A stretch of DNA of 64,000 bases from Acidobacteriota bacterium (GCA_029263335.1 JAJCXS010000299.1:1599-65598); one strand, 5' to 3'. Positions 39,130 through 49,106 are shown, counted from the first letter of the stretch. A program made the numbers and translations. The notes: generated by a model not told the origin, from the letters alone.

Positions 39130-40036
39130 GGCGGGCCGCTCGATGCGCGTCGTGATCATCGGCTCCGGCGAGCTGCCTGCGGCACTGGCCAGGCGCGTGC
39201 ACGAGCGCGGCGATGAGGTCGCCGGCCTGGGTCCGTCGAGAACCGACGGGTGGCCTGCGGGGGTGCCCTACACGGTGTTCGATAGCGTTGCCCTGCTGTC
39301 GGACGCTCTCGTTGCCGATCACCCCGCGGTAGTCGTCGTCTTCGGTCCGGATCGCCTCGAGCGACCCGCGATTCCGCCTGTCGAGATCGTTCGTGCGGTG
39401 GCAGCGCTCGACAGTGCTCGGCTGATCTACTGGGGCTCGGCGTTCGTATACGGCAGACCCCAGGCTGTTCAGGGCTGCGCGTTGCTCGAACTCGCGCCGC
39501 TCGCGGCAGGCGGACGATCGGCGTCCGCGGCGGAGGCGGACGAGGCCGTGCAGTCGATGGTTGCGGAAGGGCAGGGGGGCGTCCACCTGTTCCGGGCGGC
39601 CGAAGTGGTGGGTGGGCAAGGGAGTCCGCCGCTCGACGGCCTGGGGGCCCTCACCATCGTTCCGACACCGTCGAATCACCGGCACCTGCAGCTGCTCGAT
39701 CAGCGCGATGCGGTGGAGGTGCTTGACCGTGCCTTGAAGGGAGGGAATCCGGGTATCTACAACGTCAGCGCTGACGGCATCGTGAAGGTGGACGACGCTT
39801 GCCGGGCAATGGGCCGCAGCACGATCAGGCTGCCGCGTGTGCTCTTGACTCTGGCGGCCTACGGTGCGCGCGGCACGGGCCGAGTGCGCTCGGCCCGTGA
39901 GCTGCTGCGACTGACGCGCGGCTCGCCGGTTCTGGACAACTCCCGGCTCAAGACTCACTTCGGCTTTCGCCCACGGTTCACCACTCGCGGCGCTTTGGCG
40001 GCGGCTCGCGACAACCTCGACGGCCGCGACTCATGA
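39119..40036 (+). CDS. Extended-SDR (epimerase)-like protein, degenerate
   Basis: SAFVYG, GIYNVSADG, LDNSRLK..GFRPRFTT. Glycine motif and YxxxK are not recognisable. Overlaps both neighbours. Confidence 0.65.
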   Translation: MTAKAGRSMRVVIIGSGELPAALARRVHERGDEVAGLGPSRTDGWPAGVPYTVFDSVALLSDALVADHPAVVVVFGPDRLERPAIPPVEIVRAVAALDSARLIYWGSAFVYGRPQAVQGCALLELAPLAAGGRSASAAEADEAVQSMVAEGQGGVHLFRAAEVVGGQGSPPLDGLGALTIVPTPSNHRHLQLLDQRDAVEVLDRALKGGNPGIYNVSADGIVKVDDACRAMGRSTIRLPRVLLTLAAYGARGTGRVRSARELLRLTRGSPVLDNSRLKTHFGFRPRFTTRGALAAARDNLDGRDS

Positions 40037-41040
40037 CCGGGCCGGACCCGGGCAGGGAGGCTACGAGGCAGCGTTTCCGCGCCCCCGAACACGAACGGGC
40101 GCAGCGCCTGATGGCTGGTCATCGAGCGCATGAACTCGCAGTCAAGACAACGATCTTCCGCCGTGCTGTCCTGGCGGCAGTCGGTCTCTTCTTTCTCAAG
40201 GTCGCTGCCGGAATCGCCACCAACAGTCTTGCCATTCTGGCCTCCAGCCTCGATTCGCTGCTCGACGCGGCGTTCTCGGGTTTGAACTGGTACTCGGCGG
40301 TCAAGGCGGAGAAGCCTGCCGATCCCGAACATCCATTCGGCCACGGCAAGATCGAGAGCCTCGTAGGCGGACTGCAGGCGCTGCTCCTGGCTGTCGTCGC
40401 CGCCGTGATCGCCTACTCGGCGATCGAGCGTGTGCGGATGCCGCAGCCAGTTGAGGGCACAACGCTCGGCGTCGTTGCGATGCTCATCTCCGCGGCCGTG
40501 GCGCTGACGCTATCGAGGTCTATCCGCAGGCTGGCGGCCGGCTCGGAGTCTCCGATTCTGGCCACCGAGCAGCTGCACTACTCGATGGATTTCACCACCC
40601 ACGCCGGGGTCATCCTGGCGCTCGTGCTGCAGCGGTTCACCGGCATCGTCTACTTCGATCCGTTCGTCTCGATGCTGATCGCGCTGTTCGTGCTGTGGCA
40701 AGTGCGCGCGGTGGTGAGCGGCTCGGTGCAGGACCTGGTGGATCGAGAGTTGCCGCATGGCGTGCAGGATCAGATCGTGGCGGTACTCGACGCGCATGCC
40801 GGTCAGGTTCTCGCCTACCACGGACTGCGGACACGTCGGGCAGGAAGTCAGAAGATCGTTAGCCTGCACGTCGTGCTGTGCAAGACGATTACCTTCGAGA
40901 CCTCACACCACATCGTCGATCACATCGAAGAGGAGCTGGCGGTGGCGATTCCGCGCTCCGATGTCACGATTCATGCGGATCCGTGTGGTGACTACTGTCC
41001 GGGGGAGTCGAAGTGTCCGTGGGCTCGGGTGCTGCGCTAG
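40033..41040 (+). CDS. Cation diffusion facilitator (FieF/YiiP-like)
   Basis: SLAILASSLDSLLD, PADPEHPFGHGKIE, HYSMD, HGLRTRRAG, IHADP. Confidence 0.92.
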   Translation: MTGPDPGREATRQRFRAPEHERAQRLMAGHRAHELAVKTTIFRRAVLAAVGLFFLKVAAGIATNSLAILASSLDSLLDAAFSGLNWYSAVKAEKPADPEHPFGHGKIESLVGGLQALLLAVVAAVIAYSAIERVRMPQPVEGTTLGVVAMLISAAVALTLSRSIRRLAAGSESPILATEQLHYSMDFTTHAGVILALVLQRFTGIVYFDPFVSMLIALFVLWQVRAVVSGSVQDLVDRELPHGVQDQIVAVLDAHAGQVLAYHGLRTRRAGSQKIVSLHVVLCKTITFETSHHIVDHIEEELAVAIPRSDVTIHADPCGDYCPGESKCPWARVLR

Positions 41041-41851
41041 CAGCCGAGCCGACGTCGCTGGTCTGCCGCGGCCGCGCGTAGCGAATGTAGGCGACCAGCA
41101 TGACAAAGAAGACGGTGCCGGAGATACCGGCGGTCAGCAGCGCCTGCGCCATGGTAGGGCTGGGCGCGCTCGCGTCGGCGTAGGGCACCAGCGCAAACGC
41201 CAGCAGGTTGTTGGCGCCGTGCGCAACCATGGCCGGGAAGATCGACCCGGAGCGCCAGACCAGGATGCCGAAGTAGATGCCCAGGAGTGTGCGGGGCAGC
41301 AGGCCGATGAAATCGAGATGGAAGACCGCGAACAGCAGGGCGGAGATGACGATCGCGGACCACATGCGACCTCCTCGCGCCAGCAGTTGCATGAGCACGC
41401 CGCGGAACAGGATTTCCTCGCACACGGCGGCCAGCACTACCGCGCCGAGCATCAGGATCAGCAGGTCGGCGGTGGTATTGGCCCGCAACAGTGTTCCGAG
41501 GGCGTCCTCCAGCATCTCGCGCCAGGCGTCTCCGCCCGGCATCGAATCGAGAACGATCTCTTGAACCGAGCCGCCGAACAGCTGCAGCGGAAACGCAGCC
41601 GCACCGGCGACAACGTAGTGGCTCCAGTGTGCCGAGCGGAGCAGGAACGCATCTCGAAACGGAAGGCCCAGTAGCATCGCGAAGAGCACGGGGGCGAGCA
41701 GAATGGCCCCGATCTCGTCGACGATGATGAGCAGCTTGAAGTCCAGGCCCAGCAGCGTCCCGCCCATCGCCGCGAACAGATGCAGGGCGAGGGCGAAGAG
41801 AAACAGCGCAAGCGCCGTCCAGCGAGCGGACAAGGGCGGAGGCCAGGGCAA
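40964..41851 (-). CDS. CPBP (CAAX protease/Abi) intramembrane metalloprotease
   Basis: EEILFRG, FAVFH, HGANN; multiple TM segments. Start uncertain. Confidence 0.85.
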   Translation of the reverse strand: MPWPPPLSARWTALALFLFALALHLFAAMGGTLLGLDFKLLIIVDEIGAILLAPVLFAMLLGLPFRDAFLLRSAHWSHYVVAGAAAFPLQLFGGSVQEIVLDSMPGGDAWREMLEDALGTLLRANTTADLLILMLGAVVLAAVCEEILFRGVLMQLLARGGRMWSAIVISALLFAVFHLDFIGLLPRTLLGIYFGILVWRSGSIFPAMVAHGANNLLAFALVPYADASAPSPTMAQALLTAGISGTVFFVMLVAYIRYARPRQTSDVGSAASAAPEPTDTSTPPDSSHHTDPHES

Positions 41852-41966
41852 GGGTACAGTTCCGGCGTTGTGGGAGGCGGGGACGCGCCGCGTCGGGTAA
41901 CTTCGCCTGCGGCGGCGCGATTCTAGCATGACCAATCGAGTAGCAGGATGGCAGGAGATCGACGCA

Positions 41967-42386
41967 ATGAGTGACGAGGTGAAGCGCAATCCGACCCCCT
42001 TCGACGAGTTGCTGGGGTTGGAAGTTCTGGAGGCCGCGGATGGCAAGGCGGAGGTCCGCCTGGCTCTCACGCCGGCACACCTGAACCGCCGCGGTGTAGC
42101 TCATGGCGGGGTTGTTTCCGCACTGCTCGATGTCAGTCTGGGGGGCGCCGTCGTTTCGACAACCACGGCGGAAGAGTGGTGTGGGACTCTCGAGCTTTCG
42201 GTGCAGTTCCGCGATCCGGCGCGCCGCGGGCCGCTGACCGGCCGCGGCCGCGTTGAGCGACGGGGTCAGCGCGTCGCGTTCGCGGCCGGCGAGGTCGTCG
42301 ACGCCCGCGGCCGCGTGGTGGCAGCAGCCCACGGCGTGTGGACCATCTGGCCGTCGAACCCTGATCAGCGGAAGAAAACCCGGTAG
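41967..42386 (+). CDS. PaaI-family thioesterase
   Basis: HLNRRGVAHGGVVSALLD; AGGAG RBS. Confidence 0.9.
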   Translation: MSDEVKRNPTPFDELLGLEVLEAADGKAEVRLALTPAHLNRRGVAHGGVVSALLDVSLGGAVVSTTTAEEWCGTLELSVQFRDPARRGPLTGRGRVERRGQRVAFAAGEVVDARGRVVAAAHGVWTIWPSNPDQRKKTR

Positions 42387-42449
42387 CCGAGGCTCGACCC
42401 CGGGGCCGTTCGCGGCCGACGAGCCCGAACGCGGGATCGTGGCCGAGCG

Positions 42450-43700
42450 CTAGTAGATGAGGTGCCGAGCGCGCGCTGCGGCGAAGACGATGAGGTCGCC
42501 CTGCCAGCTGGCGACAATGGCCGCTGCGGACTCGCCTTCATCCAGCTGCTTGTCGATCGCCTCGTCACCCCAAAGGGGTACCAGCCGCTCACGTTGCCAT
42601 TGATCGCCGTACAGTCGCTGCAATGACGCGGCGATTGTGGCCAACGTCAGACCGGCGTTGAACACGTCGCGGTCGGTCACCTCCAGATACACGCCGCCAC
42701 AATCGAGATCAGCGTGCGTGCTCGCCGATGGAGTCAGCCGGCGAGGCACCGCTCGGAGGCCGGGCAGACGAGCTTCGTTGAGCGCAGCGGCGAGGTGGCG
42801 GCTGTCGATCCACGGCGCACCGAACCACTCGAACGGCTCGTCGGTGCCGCGCCCCACGGAAATGTCGGTCCACTCCAGCGGGCCGAGCGCCGGGTACAGG
42901 AGTGCCTGTTCGGGGTTGCGTATGTTGGGCGACGGGTTGATCCACTCCAGACCCGTCTGGTCGAACCACATTTCGCGATGCCATCCCTGAAGCGGGATCA
43001 CCGTCAGGTCGGCTCCGATTCCGAGCTCGTGGTTGAAGTAGCGCGCGAGTTCGCCGATGGTCATGCCATGACGGACCGGGACGGGTGCGTAGCCGACGAA
43101 GGACCGCTGTCGTTCGTCGAGAACCGGACCCGAAACCGCCATGCCGCCAATCGGGTTGGGCCGGTCCAACACCACGATCGGCAGACCGGCCGCGGCAGCC
43201 TCCTCCATGCAATAGGCGAGCGTGCTCGCGTAGGTGTATATCCGCGTGCCGATGTCCTGAATGTCGAAGACGAGCGCGTCGAGGCCGCTCAGCATCTCGG
43301 CTGTTGGTCGCCGGGTCTCGCCGTACAGGCTGTGCAACGGAAGTCCGGTGGCGGTGTGCACACCCGCGTCAACGCTCCCTTCTCGGTCGGCAAAGAAGGA
43401 GTGTTCGGGCGAGAAGAGCGCGCTCAAGTCGACTTCCGGAGCGGCCGCGAGTACCGCCACGGTGCTGCGTCCGTCGGCGGTGTTGCCGGTGATGTTGGTG
43501 ACCAGCCCCACACGCCGACCCGCCAACGGCTCGTAGCCGCGCTGCTGCCACACGTCGATGCCGGGCAGCACCCGTGGCGCTTGGCTACCGGACACCGCGC
43601 TCGACGAGGCAGCGATGGTCACGGCGACAGCCACCGCGCATGCGCGGGCACGGTGCGTTCTTGTGACGTTGTTCGGCGGACTGTCGGACCGTAAACTCAT
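42450..43700 (-). CDS. namZ: DUF1343 exo-beta-N-acetylmuramidase NamZ-like
   Basis: RVGLVTN, FSPEH, SLYG, FDIQDIGTRIYTY, VLDRPNPIG, RHGMTIGELA, PSPN, SVGRGT. Confidence 0.88.
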   Translation of the reverse strand: MSLRSDSPPNNVTRTHRARACAVAVAVTIAASSSAVSGSQAPRVLPGIDVWQQRGYEPLAGRRVGLVTNITGNTADGRSTVAVLAAAPEVDLSALFSPEHSFFADREGSVDAGVHTATGLPLHSLYGETRRPTAEMLSGLDALVFDIQDIGTRIYTYASTLAYCMEEAAAAGLPIVVLDRPNPIGGMAVSGPVLDERQRSFVGYAPVPVRHGMTIGELARYFNHELGIGADLTVIPLQGWHREMWFDQTGLEWINPSPNIRNPEQALLYPALGPLEWTDISVGRGTDEPFEWFGAPWIDSRHLAAALNEARLPGLRAVPRRLTPSASTHADLDCGGVYLEVTDRDVFNAGLTLATIAASLQRLYGDQWQRERLVPLWGDEAIDKQLDEGESAAAIVASWQGDLIVFAAARARHLIY

Positions 43701-43731
43701 GGCACCGCTGACCGCCTCCCGGCAGGAGAAC

Positions 43732-46728
43732 ATGACTAGGCTCTACCCGGCGCATCTTAGCTCACTCGTGCGCGCGCTTGCTGGTGCCCTCGGGGTGGGG
43801 GCGATCGTTCTCGCACTGTCGGCTGGTGTCGCCGTGCAGGAACCGCAGGCAACCTCTGTGCCGGCGTCCCGGGCCGAGCCGGCCTGGCAACTCGATCCGC
43901 GCGCCCCCCTGTCGATGGAACAGGAGGGCTGGGTGGAACGGACGCTGGCCGCGATGAGCGTCGAGGAGAAGGTCGGCCAGATCCTCATGCTACGGGCCTT
44001 TGGCGAGTACTACGCTGCCGATAGCGACACTCGACAGGAACTCGAGGGGTTGGTGCGAGATCTTTCTCCTGGCGGCGTGGTTCTGTTCCGCTCGGAGGTC
44101 TACGCGGGTGCAGCCTTGCTCGATGACCTGCAGACGGTGGCTGCCGAGGCTGGCGACGTGCCCCTCATCATGGCGGCCGACTTCGAGTGGGGCGCCGATT
44201 TTCGTATCAACGGCGCGGTGCCCTTCCCGACCGCGATGGCCATCGGCGCGACGTTCAACGAGGAGGCCGCCGAGTGGATGGGGCGTGCCAGCGCTCGTGA
44301 CGCACGGGCGATGGGACTCCACTGGATCTTCGCCCCGGTGGCCGACGTCAACGTTGACCCGAGCAATCCGGTGATCAACGTGCGGGCCTTCGGTGAAGAT
44401 CCGCAGCACGTTGGCAACATGGTGGAGGCATTCATCGCCGGCGCCCAATCGGGCGGTGTCCTCGCCACGGCCAAGCACTTTCCGGGCCATGGTGACACCT
44501 CGGTCGATTCTCACGTCGGTCTGCCAGTCCTTGCTCACGACAATGCGCGTCTGCAGGCGGTTGAACTGGCGCCGTTCCGCAGGGCGATTGGGGCGGGCGT
44601 CGCCAGCGTAATGACGGCTCACATGGCGGTGCCGGCGTTCACGGCGGACCACGAGCTGCCCGCGACGCTGTCGCACGCTGTTCTCACGGACCTGTTGCGC
44701 AACGACATGTCGTTTGCCGGCCTCGTGGTGACCGACGCGATGGAGATGGGTGGCATCACGCGTCGCTGGTGGAGCGGTGCAGCCGCCGTTGCCGCCGTTG
44801 CGGCGGGCTCCGATATGGTTCTGCTACCGCCCCAACCACGCGCAGTGCACGCCGCCCTGGTGAGCGCGGTACGGCGGGGCGAGCTGCCAGCCGCACGGCT
44901 CGACGAGGCGGTTCGCAGGGTGCTGCAGGCGAAGGCGCGCCTGCGCCTGCACGCGGCCACGGGCGAAGTGGACGTACTGGGTCGCCTGCCGGACCATTTT
45001 GGGCCGTCGGGAGAGGCAGTCAGCGCCCAACAGGTTGCGGACGACGCGGTGACGCTGCTGCGCGACCGCGACAGGATCTTGCCGCTCGATGCTCGCCGAT
45101 GGCAGAAGGTGGTCGTCGTCGGCGTTTCCGATAGCGATCAACCGGCGCCGACGGAGGAGTTTGTTACGGCGCTGGGCGAGTCGCTCGCGAGCGTGGAGTC
45201 CTTCTCGATCGACGGACGGACGCGGGGCGACGATGCCGCCGATATCGTCGCCGCCGCTGCCAAGGCCGGCGTCGTGGTGATGGCAGTGCGGGTCCGTGTG
45301 CGCACCAGTTCGGGGCGTATCAGCCTGCCCGACCGGCAGGCTCGCTATGCCGCGATGCTCGCTCGTCTGGAGGTGCCGACGGTTGTGGTCGCGCTGGGTA
45401 GCCCCTACACGGTGGCAGCCTTCGCCGACGCCTCCACGGTGTTGGCGACGTACGGCTGGAGCGCGCCACTGCAGCGTGCGGCCGCGCGCGCAATGATGGG
45501 GGAGATTGCCGTGCAAGGGCGCCTGCCGGTGTCCGTCCCGGGCGAATATGGCAGGGGCGATGGCCTCATCCGGGCACCCCTGGACGCGACTCTGCGGACG
45601 CGCGACGGCCGCGCCGCGGGCGACGAGGTCGCCGCGCCGGACCTGACCGAGGCGCGCGCAATCCTGTCCAGATGGGTCGATCAGGGCGCTTTTCCGGGCG
45701 CGGTATTCGCCGTCGGTCATCGTAGCGAGCTCGTTGGCCTCGGCGCGGTCGGACGCATGAGCGCGGAGCCAGACGCCGCGCCGATGCCCGTCGACGCTCT
45801 GTTCGATCTCGCGTCGCTCACCAAGGTAGTGGCCACCACTCCGGTGGCGATGCACGCGGTGGAGCGTGGCTACCTCCGGCTCGACTATCCGGTGAGCGAG
45901 ATCGTGCCGGAATTTGCCGGCGCCGGTCGCGACCCGGTGACGATCCGCCACCTGTTGACGCACACGTCGGGGCTGCCGGCGTACGTGGAGTTTTACCGAG
46001 AGTTCGATGCCGATCGAATTACGCCCGCGGCTCGTGCTCGGATTCTCGAGCGCATCTTCGCGGCGTCGCTGGAAGCGGCCCCCGGGCAGCGCTACGCGTA
46101 CTCTGATCTGGGGATCATCCTGCTGGGGGAGGTGCTCACGCGGGCCCTCGGAGAGCCGTACTGGGAGTACGCGGCGCGTGAGATCTTCGCCCCCTTGGGG
46201 ATGACCGACACACAGTGGAACCCGCCTCCTGAACTGTTGCCTCGGATTCCACCGACCGAGGTGGATCCATGGCGCGGCCGCCTCGTTCGCGGCGAGGTGC
46301 ACGACGAGAACGCGCATGCGATGGGAGGGTTGTCGTCGCACGCGGGACTGTTCTCGACGGCCCGCGACCTGGCGATCTACGCGCAGACGCTCCTGAACCT
46401 CGGCACCTATGACCATCAGCGCGTCCTGTCTCGCGCCAGGATATCGCGGTGGCGCGCGCGACAAGAGATCGTCGCTGGCAGCAGCCGTGGTCTTGGATGG
46501 GACACCGCGGCGGAGTCGGGGCGCTGGAGTATGTTCCCGCCCGAGGCGTTTGGCCACACCGGATTTACCGGTACCTCGCTGTGGCTCGACCCGAGCCGCG
46601 AGTTGTTTGTCGTGTTGCTCACCAACCGCGTCTATCCGACGCGAGAGAACAGCAAACATGTGCAGGCGCGCATCGACTTTCACACCGAGGTGGTTCGCGC
46701 CGTCGACCGCGCCGGCGCCGCGCGGTGA
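43732..46728 (+). CDS. GH3 beta-N-acetylglucosaminidase fused to serine beta-lactamase-like hydrolase (NagZ-AmiE-like)
   Basis: GH3 KHFPGHGDTSVDSH and VTDAMEM; C-terminal DLASLTK (SxxK), LLTHTSGL, YSD, GEVHDENA, GHTGFTGT. Confidence 0.9.
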   Translation: MTRLYPAHLSSLVRALAGALGVGAIVLALSAGVAVQEPQATSVPASRAEPAWQLDPRAPLSMEQEGWVERTLAAMSVEEKVGQILMLRAFGEYYAADSDTRQELEGLVRDLSPGGVVLFRSEVYAGAALLDDLQTVAAEAGDVPLIMAADFEWGADFRINGAVPFPTAMAIGATFNEEAAEWMGRASARDARAMGLHWIFAPVADVNVDPSNPVINVRAFGEDPQHVGNMVEAFIAGAQSGGVLATAKHFPGHGDTSVDSHVGLPVLAHDNARLQAVELAPFRRAIGAGVASVMTAHMAVPAFTADHELPATLSHAVLTDLLRNDMSFAGLVVTDAMEMGGITRRWWSGAAAVAAVAAGSDMVLLPPQPRAVHAALVSAVRRGELPAARLDEAVRRVLQAKARLRLHAATGEVDVLGRLPDHFGPSGEAVSAQQVADDAVTLLRDRDRILPLDARRWQKVVVVGVSDSDQPAPTEEFVTALGESLASVESFSIDGRTRGDDAADIVAAAAKAGVVVMAVRVRVRTSSGRISLPDRQARYAAMLARLEVPTVVVALGSPYTVAAFADASTVLATYGWSAPLQRAAARAMMGEIAVQGRLPVSVPGEYGRGDGLIRAPLDATLRTRDGRAAGDEVAAPDLTEARAILSRWVDQGAFPGAVFAVGHRSELVGLGAVGRMSAEPDAAPMPVDALFDLASLTKVVATTPVAMHAVERGYLRLDYPVSEIVPEFAGAGRDPVTIRHLLTHTSGLPAYVEFYREFDADRITPAARARILERIFAASLEAAPGQRYAYSDLGIILLGEVLTRALGEPYWEYAAREIFAPLGMTDTQWNPPPELLPRIPPTEVDPWRGRLVRGEVHDENAHAMGGLSSHAGLFSTARDLAIYAQTLLNLGTYDHQRVLSRARISRWRARQEIVAGSSRGLGWDTAAESGRWSMFPPEAFGHTGFTGTSLWLDPSRELFVVLLTNRVYPTRENSKHVQARIDFHTEVVRAVDRAGAAR

Positions 46729-46762
46729 CCGGGGTCCGTAGCCAGCGTCCGCCGGGTTGCCG

Positions 46763-48193
46763 GTGAGCGGCACGATGGTGAACTGGGTCGTGATCGGGGT
46801 CTACTTCGGCCTCACGCTGTGGCTTGGCGAAAGGGTGGGTAGGCGCGGCGGCGATCTCGACGAGTACTTTCTGGCCGGGCGGGGCATGCCCTGGTGGGCG
46901 GCCGCCCTCTCTATCGTCGGCACCGAGACGTCGACGCTCACTTTTGTCGGTGTGCCGGCGATCGCCTACGCGGGCGACCTGACGTTTCTGCAGGTGGCCG
47001 TGGGCTACGTTGTGGGACGCTTCCTGGTGGCTTGGTGGCTGGTCCCCGCCTACTTCGCAGGCGGCGTCCGAACCGCCTATCAGATCCTGGCAGAGCGCTT
47101 TGGCCCTGCGACGCGGCGCGTCGCCTCGGCGGTGTTCTTGATCTCGCGGGCGCTGGCAGACGGCGTGCGCCTGTTCGCCACCGCACTGGTGCTGCAGGCG
47201 ATGCTGCCGGTGTCGCTGTTGAGCGCCGTGATCGGCGTGCTGGCGGTGACGTTGGTATACACCGTGCGCGGCGGCCTGCGGGCCGTAATCTGGAACGACG
47301 CGCTGCAGCTCGCGGTATACGTTGGCGGCGCCGCCCTGGCGTTGCTGGTGCTGGTGATGCGACTGCCGGAGGGGCTGACCGCGACCTTGGCCTCCATGGG
47401 CAGCGTCGACAAGCTGCGAGCTCTCAACTTCGGCTGGGACTGGGCCAATCCGTACATGTTCTGGAGCGGTCTTGTCGGCGGCGCTGTGCTGACCATGGCC
47501 ACGCACGGTACCGATCAGATGTTCGTACAGCGATTGCTCGCGTGCAGCGATAAAGGCAGCGCTCGGCGCGCTGTCATCGCCAGTGGCGTCCTGGTATTCC
47601 TGCAGATGGCGCTGTTCCTGCTGATCGGTACGTACCTGTTTGCCTTCTACCAGCTGACCCCGCCGGCAGTACCGTTCACCAGTAACGATCAGGTGTTCGC
47701 GCGATTCATCGTGCAGGAACTTCCGATTGGCCTGGCCGGGTTGGTGATCGCGGCGGTCTTCGCTGCGGCCATGTCGACGCTGTCTTCGTCGATGAGCTCC
47801 ATCGCTTCGGCGGTGACGCTCGACTTTCTTGGCGGCGAGGATCGCGACCCACGCCGCGCGCTGCACGTGTCGAGGCTAGCCACTGCTGCCGCGGCCGTTA
47901 GCCTGGCCGGTGTTGCCTGGCTGGCACAGGAGTGGGGTTCGGTCCTCGAGGCGGGCCTCACCATTACCTCGGTCACGTTCGGTGGTGTTCTCGGTGTCTT
48001 CCTGCTGGCGGCGATGGGAACACGAGTCTCCAGTGCGGCGATCACTCTGGCGATGCTCTCCGGTCAGGCCGTTGCGCTGCTGCTGCAGCAGACCAGCGGT
48101 CTCGCGTGGACGTGGCTGACGCCGGCGGGTGCGGGCGTCACCCTGGCCGTTGGCCTGGCGGCAAACCTGGTCGCGAGTCGCCGAGGTGACTGA
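46763..48193 (+). CDS. Sodium:solute symporter (SSS)
   Basis: YFLAGRGMPWW, ETSTLTF, GGLRAVIWND, DQMFVQR, AAAMSTLSS. Confidence 0.92.
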   Translation: MSGTMVNWVVIGVYFGLTLWLGERVGRRGGDLDEYFLAGRGMPWWAAALSIVGTETSTLTFVGVPAIAYAGDLTFLQVAVGYVVGRFLVAWWLVPAYFAGGVRTAYQILAERFGPATRRVASAVFLISRALADGVRLFATALVLQAMLPVSLLSAVIGVLAVTLVYTVRGGLRAVIWNDALQLAVYVGGAALALLVLVMRLPEGLTATLASMGSVDKLRALNFGWDWANPYMFWSGLVGGAVLTMATHGTDQMFVQRLLACSDKGSARRAVIASGVLVFLQMALFLLIGTYLFAFYQLTPPAVPFTSNDQVFARFIVQELPIGLAGLVIAAVFAAAMSTLSSSMSSIASAVTLDFLGGEDRDPRRALHVSRLATAAAAVSLAGVAWLAQEWGSVLEAGLTITSVTFGGVLGVFLLAAMGTRVSSAAITLAMLSGQAVALLLQQTSGLAWTWLTPAGAGVTLAVGLAANLVASRRGD

Positions 48194-49106
48194 TGTGCCG
48201 TGCGTTGCGGCCGTCGGAGTTGTTGTGCAGGACTGCATCGAGCGTGCCGACGGCAGTACCGCCATGGGGCTGGGCGGACTGGCGTACTCGGTCAGCGCTC
48301 TGGCCGCTCTCGGCGGCGAGAGTGTGGAGATTCTGCCGGTCTGCCGTGTCGCCGACGACACGCGCGAAGCGGTGGATCTGGAATGGAACCGTTATCCGAA
48401 TGTGTCCAAGGAGGCACTGCTGGCCTGGCCTGGGCCCGGGAGCTGCGTCGACCTGATCTACCGCAGTGGAGGGAACGTCGGCGGCGATCGCGACGAACGT
48501 CTGCGCTGGCCGACTCCACCCCTGGAACCCGCTGAGATCGAGCCATTGCACGGGTGCGACGCGGTGCTGGTCAATTGCATTACAGGTGCGGTCCTGACCC
48601 CGGAGGCGCTCGCTGTGGTTGCTGCTCTGCCCGTGCCGATCCACCTCGACGTCCACAGTCTGGTGTTGGGCATCGATCCGGCCGGACGGCGATATCCGCG
48701 CCGCCCACCCGATTGGCGCGCCTGGCTGGAGTCGGCTGATTCGCTTCAGTGCAACGAGCAGGAGGCCGCTATCCTGGCCGGCGAAAGTGGCTGGAATCGC
48801 ACCACCGAGGGCTTCGTCCGGAGACTGGTCGATGCTCGCGTCGGCCCGCGGGTCGTGGTGATTACTCGGGCGGCCCGAGGAGCCTCGCTCTATTGCGCCG
48901 ACCGGCCACGGCTCGATCTAAAGGCCCCGAGAGTGGACGTCGTCGACCCGACCGGCGCCGGAGATACTTTCGGCGCGGCTTTTGTCGTCGAACGGCTGCG
49001 CGGTTCAGCCGCTGACCTCGCCTTGAGCCGTGCGATCGAGATGGCCACCGCGTCTTGCCAACTGCAGGGGACAAGGGCGCTCAGCAGCCTAGTCACAGGC
49101 TGCTAG
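48186..49106 (+). CDS. PfkB/ribokinase-family carbohydrate kinase
   Basis: GLGG, CNEQE, VITRAARG, VDPTGAGDTFGA; overlaps the SSS stop. Confidence 0.85.
   Translation: MTDVPCVAAVGVVVQDCIERADGSTAMGLGGLAYSVSALAALGGESVEILPVCRVADDTREAVDLEWNRYPNVSKEALLAWPGPGSCVDLIYRSGGNVGGDRDERLRWPTPPLEPAEIEPLHGCDAVLVNCITGAVLTPEALAVVAALPVPIHLDVHSLVLGIDPAGRRYPRRPPDWRAWLESADSLQCNEQEAAILAGESGWNRTTEGFVRRLVDARVGPRVVVITRAARGASLYCADRPRLDLKAPRVDVVDPTGAGDTFGAAFVVERLRGSAADLALSRAIEMATASCQLQGTRALSSLVTGC

Noticed and set aside
44824-46773. 649-aa minus-strand ORF and similar long antisense ORFs (e.g. 32521..33942, 56065..57453, 60187..61518, 19098..20321)
   Set aside because: They fully overlap well-supported genes on the other strand, have no motifs and are Arg-rich; typical high-GC shadow ORFs.
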